From an uncultured Methanosarcinales archaeon (GTDB taxonomy: Archaea; Nanobdellota; Nanobdellia; Woesearchaeales; CG1-02-33-12), in contig CAYOHL010000001.1 of assembly GCA_964403775.1 (NCBI GenBank), positions 1 through 37,020 of the forward strand: a DNA stretch of 37,020 bases, read 5' to 3'. The translations under genes were made by a program, and so were the position numbers. This document shows positions 31,416-37,020 of the stretch, piece by piece; within the stretch, counting starts at the first letter, position 1; every line of letters begins with the position of its first letter. Under the pieces are notes generated by a model that was not told the DNA's origin, did no database searches, and saw nothing but the letters and a program-made list of their open reading frames with translations.

Positions 31416-32096
31416 CTAACTTATAACAGTTCCATTGAATTCCTTTTCATCTAAAAAATTCCTGAGATTATCTAAATCAGTTCCCTTTAGTATTACAACC
31501 TTTAGCTTGAGTTTTTCTGCCTCTCTTGCTGCCATAGGGTCAAATGGAGTGTTAAGTCCCGGGTCCCATTTATCCCCAGCTATCTTCCTGAAATTTTTCC
31601 ATGAGATTTTTTTAAATGGTTTTGCATTGCTGTTATTTTTTGGCTCTTTATCATAAACATAATCTATATCACTCATATTAACAACTGTCTTTACATTAAA
31701 GTTCTTTGCAAGCATCACAGCGTCATAATCAGTGCTAAAGCCTGGCTTCCAGCCAGATGCAATAAGGACCTTTTTCTTAAATTCAATTTTTTCATTCGGA
31801 TTATGGACAATTTTTTCATTGACAATATCAAGAAAGAGGGTTTTTATGAGCTGTGCATTTAATCTTGTCGTGTGAATTCCGATCCAGTCCAAGTCCTCAT
31901 TCCTTAAGCTGCTTACTTTTGCAGCAGCATCTTGGTAGCGCCTGCATGTTTTTCCTCCGCCGCAGACAATAACCGCCTTATTTCCTTTTTCAACAAAGCC
32001 TGTTATGACTTTTTTGAAACCCTTTAGAAACCCCACATCTATCTTGCCAGAAACTATTATTGAGCCGCCCAATGATATCACAACTGTTTTTGCCAT
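31416..32096 (-). CDS. pyrH: Archaeal-type UMP kinase
   Basis: Amino-acid-kinase fold motifs ISLGGS, VCGGG and TDYDAV, with a ~226-aa length. Confidence 0.85.
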   Translation of the reverse strand: MAKTVVISLGGSIIVSGKIDVGFLKGFKKVITGFVEKGNKAVIVCGGGKTCRRYQDAAAKVSSLRNEDLDWIGIHTTRLNAQLIKTLFLDIVNEKIVHNPNEKIEFKKKVLIASGWKPGFSTDYDAVMLAKNFNVKTVVNMSDIDYVYDKEPKNNSNAKPFKKISWKNFRKIAGDKWDPGLNTPFDPMAAREAEKLKLKVVILKGTDLDNLRNFLDEKEFNGTVIS

Positions 32097-32220
32097 CTTT
32101 TGCTTTCACAAAATAATTTAAAACCCCAATTCATATAAATACCTTTTGGATTTAAGAATTTGAAAAATAATAAGTTATATAAACAAATAATATTTTAAAT
32201 TATTAAAAAGAGGCTGATGT

Positions 32221-34857
32221 ATGGATTACTGTAATTATCCTGCAAATAAGATATTAGATGAGTTTAAGACATCTTATAAAGGTATTTCGCAGCAAGAGGC
32301 AGAGAAAAGGCTTGAGAAATATGGTTTTAATGAGATTAAAGAAGAGAAAAAAATAAGCCTTTTTCAGATATTTTTCAGCCAGTTCAAAAGCCCGCTTATT
32401 CTTATACTTCTAGCCGCAATCATTCTAACTTTGATAATTGGCGAATATATAGACTCTATGCTTATATCTGCTATTGTCATTGTCAATGCATTGCTTGGTT
32501 CTGCCCAGGAATACAAGGCAGAAAAATCAATAGCTGCATTGAAAAAGCTTACAAGCCTTAAGGCAAATGCTATAAGGGATGGAAAAGAAGAGAGAATACT
32601 GGCTAAAGAGCTCGTTCCCGGCGATATAATAAGGCTTGAAGAAGGGGAAAAAATACCTGCTGATGCTCGGCTTATCGAGGTAATAAGCCTGGAAACACAT
32701 GAGTCAGCGCTTACAGGAGAATCAACCCCTGTTGCAAAGGAAACTAATGCTCTAAAGAAAAAAAAATCAGTTGCTGAGCAAACAAACATGGTTTTTTCAG
32801 GCACTACAATAACCAGGGGAAGAGGCAAGGCAGTTGTTGTAAGAACAGGGATGGCAACAGAAATCGGCAGGATAGCAGAGATGATGCAGTCTGAAAAAAA
32901 AGAGCAGACTCCATTGCAGCTGACACTTGCTAAATTCGGAAAACTGCTTGGAGCAGCTGTAATTTTTATATGCATTATTGTGTTTTTAACAGGCCTCTTA
33001 AGGGGGAATGAGATTGTAGAGATGTTTGTGAATGCTATTGCATTAGCAGTTGCTGCAATTCCTGAAGGACTGCCTGCAGTTGTAACAATTACGCTAGCAC
33101 TTGGTGTCACAAGGCTTGTCAGGAAAAATGCATTAGTAAGAAAACTCCATTCTGTTGAGACCCTTGGCTGCACAAATGTTATCTGCACTGACAAGACAGG
33201 AACATTGACAAAAGATGAGATGACTGTCAAGGAGCTTTTTGCAAACAATAGGTTAATAGAGGTGACAGGCCAGGGCTATTCAAAAAAAGGGATGTTTCTG
33301 GACAGCACACTGAATGATTACGGGCTTCTGCTAAGAGTAAGTGCATTGTGCAATAATGCGTCAATAAGCCATGAAAAAATTTTTGGAGACCCGACCGAAA
33401 CAGCATTGCTGGTTTGTGCTGCAAAAGCCAGCCTATCTAGGGAAAACCTTGAGCAGGATTTTCCGAGAATACATGAGATTCCCTTTGACTCTGAAAGAAA
33501 GATGATGACTACCATCCACAAGAATAAGGATGGGGAGACTGCTTTTGTCAAGGGTGCCCCGAAACAAATTATTGAAAAATGCTCTTTTTATTACGAGAAT
33601 GGAAAAATTATAAAATTGACAAGCAGCAAGAAAGAAGAACTATTGAATAAAAACAGGGAGATGGCTTCAAAGGCATTAAGGATTCTGGCCATGGCATTCA
33701 GGAAGCTGCCCAAAAAAATAAAATACTCAGCGGAAAATATTGAAAAAGGGCTTGTTTTTGTTGGATTTGCTGGGATGATGGACCCTCCAAGGGCAGAGGT
33801 TAAGGATGCTATTGTGCTTTGCAGGAAAGCCGGAATAAGGGTCATAATGCTTACAGGCGACCAGAGAACAACTGCTAAGGCAATAGGCATGCAGATTGGC
33901 TTAATAACTAAAGATGATAAGGTTGTTACAGGCATGGACATAATAGGGCTTTCTGACAGGGAATTTGATGATGTGGTTAAGGAAGCAAAAATATTTGCGC
34001 GAATCTCACCCAGCGACAAAATAAGGATTGTTGACTCATTGAAAAAATATGGGAATGTCGTTGCAATGACCGGCGACGGGGTTAATGATGCCCCTGCCCT
34101 GAAAAAAGCAGATATTGGCATTGCGATGGGAATAACAGGAACAGATGTTTCAAAGGAAGCATCTGATATGGTTCTTCTGGATGATAACTTTGCATCAATA
34201 GTTAACACTATAGAGGAAGGAAGGGGAATATATGATAACATAAAGAAGTTTGTGGAATATCTTCTGTCATCCAACCTGGGTGAGATACTTGTTATTTTTG
34301 CTGCCATACTTCTTGGCTTTCCATTGCCATTGATAGCAGTACATATTTTGTGGATTAACCTTACTACAGATGGATTGCCGGCGCTTGCATTAAGTGTTGA
34401 CCCTCTTGAACAGGGCATTATGGAGAGAAAGCCCAGGAAAAAAGAAAGCCAGATATTTTCAAAAAATATTGTTTTAAGGATGGCGGCTGTTGGCATTATA
34501 ATGTGTGCAGGCACCCTGGCCTTGTTTAAGCTTTATGATCCTGCAAATAATCTGATTTATGCACAGACAATGGCCTTCTCAACCCTGATGATGTTCCAGA
34601 TGTTCAATGTGTTTAACTGTAGGTCAGAGAGAAACTCTTTATTTAAGATAGGTGTTTTTTCAAACAAATACCTTATGGGGGCAATAGCTGTCTCAATTCT
34701 GCTGCAGGTTATGGTTATCCATACAGGATTAGGAGCATTCTTTAAAACAACCCCTTTATCCATGGTTGACTGGGCTTATGTTTTTCTGGTCTCAAGCACT
34801 GTCCTGCTATTTGGCGAAATAATAAAGCTTATAAGCAACAAAATAAAGAAGCTCTAG
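32221..34857 (+). CDS. P-type ATPase, type IIA (SERCA-like) Ca2+/cation transporter
   Basis: Contains LTGES, PEGLPAVVT, ICTDKTGTLT and TGDGVNDAPALKKADIG, with about 10 predicted TM segments. Confidence 0.9.
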   Translation: MDYCNYPANKILDEFKTSYKGISQQEAEKRLEKYGFNEIKEEKKISLFQIFFSQFKSPLILILLAAIILTLIIGEYIDSMLISAIVIVNALLGSAQEYKAEKSIAALKKLTSLKANAIRDGKEERILAKELVPGDIIRLEEGEKIPADARLIEVISLETHESALTGESTPVAKETNALKKKKSVAEQTNMVFSGTTITRGRGKAVVVRTGMATEIGRIAEMMQSEKKEQTPLQLTLAKFGKLLGAAVIFICIIVFLTGLLRGNEIVEMFVNAIALAVAAIPEGLPAVVTITLALGVTRLVRKNALVRKLHSVETLGCTNVICTDKTGTLTKDEMTVKELFANNRLIEVTGQGYSKKGMFLDSTLNDYGLLLRVSALCNNASISHEKIFGDPTETALLVCAAKASLSRENLEQDFPRIHEIPFDSERKMMTTIHKNKDGETAFVKGAPKQIIEKCSFYYENGKIIKLTSSKKEELLNKNREMASKALRILAMAFRKLPKKIKYSAENIEKGLVFVGFAGMMDPPRAEVKDAIVLCRKAGIRVIMLTGDQRTTAKAIGMQIGLITKDDKVVTGMDIIGLSDREFDDVVKEAKIFARISPSDKIRIVDSLKKYGNVVAMTGDGVNDAPALKKADIGIAMGITGTDVSKEASDMVLLDDNFASIVNTIEEGRGIYDNIKKFVEYLLSSNLGEILVIFAAILLGFPLPLIAVHILWINLTTDGLPALALSVDPLEQGIMERKPRKKESQIFSKNIVLRMAAVGIIMCAGTLALFKLYDPANNLIYAQTMAFSTLMMFQMFNVFNCRSERNSLFKIGVFSNKYLMGAIAVSILLQVMVIHTGLGAFFKTTPLSMVDWAYVFLVSSTVLLFGEIIKLISNKIKKL

Positions 34858-34866
34858 GAGGATTAA

Positions 34867-35814
34867 ATGTTGATAGTTAACCTCTTAATATTTGCATTGG
34901 CATGCATTGTTCTTGTGACAAGCGGCACCCTGTTAGTCAAAACCCTTACGAAGATAGCTGCCTTCCTAAAGCTGAGCGAGTTTGTTGTTGGCTTTATAAT
35001 AATGGCATTTGCAACATCTCTCCCTGAATTATTTGTTGGCATAACATCTGCACTGGCTAAAAATCCTGCATTGTCCCTTGGAAACATCATTGGCGCAAAT
35101 ATAATAGACCTTACGCTGGTGGTTGGCGTTGTGATACTTATTGGCAGGGGGATAAAAATTGAGAGCAGGAAAACAAAGACAGATGCGCTTTATATGGTTT
35201 TTATTGCCGCACTGCCAATGGTTTTGATGCTAATAGGCAGCTCTTTATCAAGGCTTGATGGTGTTATTTTATTAATTGCATTTGCACTTTATGCAAGGAG
35301 AATCCTGAAACAAAGGAGGTTATTTAAAAAAGAGGTGGAAGATGGCATTAAAAGGCCCGAGATTATCATTACAACAGTATTATTTATCTTTAGCCTTGCC
35401 CTGTTATTTTTAAGTGCGAGATTTGTTGTTGAATATGCAACCTTGTTGTCTGTTGATTTAGCACTGCCGCCAATAATTGTTGGGTTGTTTATCATATCAA
35501 TAGGAACCACTTTGCCTGAACTCACATTTGGAATCAGGGCAGTTCTGGCAGGGCACTCACAGATGGCCCTTGGTGACTTAATTGGCGCAGTGGTTGTTAA
35601 CTCAACATTTGTCTTGGGAATTGTTTCCATTATATGCCCAATCACTGCAAACATGCTCCTGTTTTCTGTAAGTGCAATCTTTATGGTTGTGGTTGCATTT
35701 TTATTTGCAACATTTGTTGAGAGCGGCAACAAATTATACATCAAGGAGGGCATATCCCTAATAATGCTCTACATTTTCTTTGTTATTATTGAGTTCTACA
35801 TAAAGGCAATTTAA
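34867..35814 (+). CDS. CaCA-family Na+/Ca2+ exchanger (NCX_Mj/YrbG-like)
   Basis: Two alpha-repeats, ATSLPELFVG...GNIIGANIIDL and GTTLPELTFG...GDLIGAVVVN. AGGAGGA lies upstream of the ATG, 9 nt after the ATPase stop. Confidence 0.88.
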   Translation: MLIVNLLIFALACIVLVTSGTLLVKTLTKIAAFLKLSEFVVGFIIMAFATSLPELFVGITSALAKNPALSLGNIIGANIIDLTLVVGVVILIGRGIKIESRKTKTDALYMVFIAALPMVLMLIGSSLSRLDGVILLIAFALYARRILKQRRLFKKEVEDGIKRPEIIITTVLFIFSLALLFLSARFVVEYATLLSVDLALPPIIVGLFIISIGTTLPELTFGIRAVLAGHSQMALGDLIGAVVVNSTFVLGIVSIICPITANMLLFSVSAIFMVVVAFLFATFVESGNKLYIKEGISLIMLYIFFVIIEFYIKAI

Positions 35815-35877
35815 TTACTATCCCAAAAGAGTGATTATCAAAAGCTTTATATAATTCAATTTTTTCCAAAAAATAAA

Positions 35878-36588
35878 ATGCCGGTTATAGAGCCACCTAC
35901 AAAACTAAAACCAATAGAAGAGCTGTTGAGAACTTCTGCTAATATAATAAAAATAGGTGTGGACGTTGATGGCATTGTTGCAAACCTAAATGATGAATTC
36001 TTAAGATTAGCGAACGAGATGTTCTACTATAAAAACACTTACCCTGATTATCCCAAGAAGCTAAAGAAAGAGCTTAGGGCTAGTGATATAACCAGATTTG
36101 ACTATACAGAATGCACCCCTTTAAACAATGGAGATATGAAAAGAATTTTTGAGGTTGTAGAGAAAGAAAAAAAATTGCTTACCTTAAAACCCCTGCCAGA
36201 CGCAAAAAGGGTCATTAATTACCTAACCAATTTTTATGATTTGCCTTTTGCAACCTCAAGAGCAAGCTATTATGCTAATGCTGAAGAACAAACTTTTGAG
36301 TGGTTTGACAAACATAAAATAATCTATAGCAAAAGCAATTTTTTCTTTAGCAATAAAAAGATTGAATTATCAAGGAAGCTTGGCATCTCAAGGTTTATTG
36401 AGGACAGGGCTGAAACAGCACTGGAGTTAGCTGAAAATAACATTGATGTGCTGCTATTTGATTATCCCTGGAACAATGATCCAAAACAGAAATTAATACA
36501 GGAGGTTAACAATCATCCAAGGATTGAAAGAATTTATAATGCCCCCAAGTCTTACTGGCTTAATTTAGAAGACAAGCTGATTAAATAA
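35878..36588 (+). CDS. HAD-superfamily 5'(3')-deoxyribonucleotidase-like hydrolase
   Basis: HAD motif I is VDVDGIVAN. The overall layout resembles the NT5C/YorS-like family, but the assignment is tentative. Confidence 0.5.
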   Translation: MPVIEPPTKLKPIEELLRTSANIIKIGVDVDGIVANLNDEFLRLANEMFYYKNTYPDYPKKLKKELRASDITRFDYTECTPLNNGDMKRIFEVVEKEKKLLTLKPLPDAKRVINYLTNFYDLPFATSRASYYANAEEQTFEWFDKHKIIYSKSNFFFSNKKIELSRKLGISRFIEDRAETALELAENNIDVLLFDYPWNNDPKQKLIQEVNNHPRIERIYNAPKSYWLNLEDKLIK

Positions 36589-36621
36589 TTCTTTTTGGTT
36601 AATTAGTTATAACAGAATAAT

Positions 36622-36975
36622 CTATTTATAGAAAAAGGACCTAAGACTTGTTCTATTAATTAAAGCTTCAAGCTCAACAGGAGCAGCATCAAGGCCCTCT
36701 TTTTTTAAATGCCTTATAGCAGCATCCAAGGCCTGCTTGCATGTTTCATATTCCTCAGGAAAAAGATGCACATCTCTTGACTTAGGGAAAAATTCAACAA
36801 TCGCATATTCTGGCTCAATTCCATATGGGCTTGAAATGTAATTATTAAATTCACCGAATGGAAAAGTTTTATTTTTTAATCTTGATAGATCAAAGCTTAA
36901 AATTTCAATGGTTTCATCTCCCCTTGGAGTTACTCTAAGAAAATACATTTTTTTAGGCACATATTTTGGCTCCAT
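36622..36975 (-). CDS. Hypothetical protein
   Basis: A 117-aa ORF with balanced composition and no recognisable motif. Confidence 0.4.
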   Translation of the reverse strand: MEPKYVPKKMYFLRVTPRGDETIEILSFDLSRLKNKTFPFGEFNNYISSPYGIEPEYAIVEFFPKSRDVHLFPEEYETCKQALDAAIRHLKKEGLDAAPVELEALINRTSLRSFFYK

Positions 36976-37020
36976 GCCCTTTAAAAAATTTAGCTCCTAT
37001 TTAAATCTTTTGTTTTTATC

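Noticed and set aside
1-37020. CRISPR arrays, transposases, integrases, prophage genes and rRNA genes.
   Set aside because: I found no regularly spaced repeat array, no DDE, tyrosine or serine recombinase motifs, and no rRNA-like sequence while reading both strands.

Overview
This is a compact, low-GC archaeal chromosomal segment. The archaeal assignment rests on TBP, Orc1/Cdc6, archaeal DnaG, RIO kinase, diphthine synthase, RtcB with archease, and a PIN-ATPase-KH protein. Short genes, frequent GGAGG-type Shine-Dalgarno sites and several bacterial-type genes suggest a DPANN-like lineage, but that is inference only.

Most of the window is housekeeping: dphB, ftsZ, rio, dnaG, serS, orc1/cdc6, acyP, a YrdC-type gene, rtcB/archease, tbp, a four-subunit 2-oxoacid:ferredoxin oxidoreductase operon, pyrH, tRNA-Thr(CGU), and a Ca2+-ATPase plus Na+/Ca2+-exchanger pair. 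I saw no CRISPR array, transposase, integrase or rRNA gene.

The parts that housekeeping does not explain are:
- A divergent four-gene extracytoplasmic cluster (5289-9190): a double thioredoxin-fold protein with Cys/Asp-rich metal-binding-like repeats, a parvulin-thioredoxin fusion, and two tandem paralogous membrane-anchored proteins.
- A MutS-domain-V ATPase whose roughly 1 kb N-terminal half is a sharp AT-rich compositional outlier, wedged between a soluble Lon-like protease and the PIN-ATPase.
- An OB-HD (YhaM-like) gene whose OB fold is encoded upstream of any canonical start codon.
- A 477-nt structured leader with a uORF upstream of dnaG.
- Small unannotated ORFs: a two-sORF unit ending in a hairpin terminator beside orc1, a 26-aa transmembrane peptide, and a 51-aa zinc ribbon abutting the tRNA.
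- A zinc-ribbon gene inserted between porA and porB.
- A small acidic protein translationally coupled to archease-RtcB.
- A tRNA-Thr with a non-canonical D-loop/T-loop elbow.

All functional calls come from motif recognition by eye. No database search was run.
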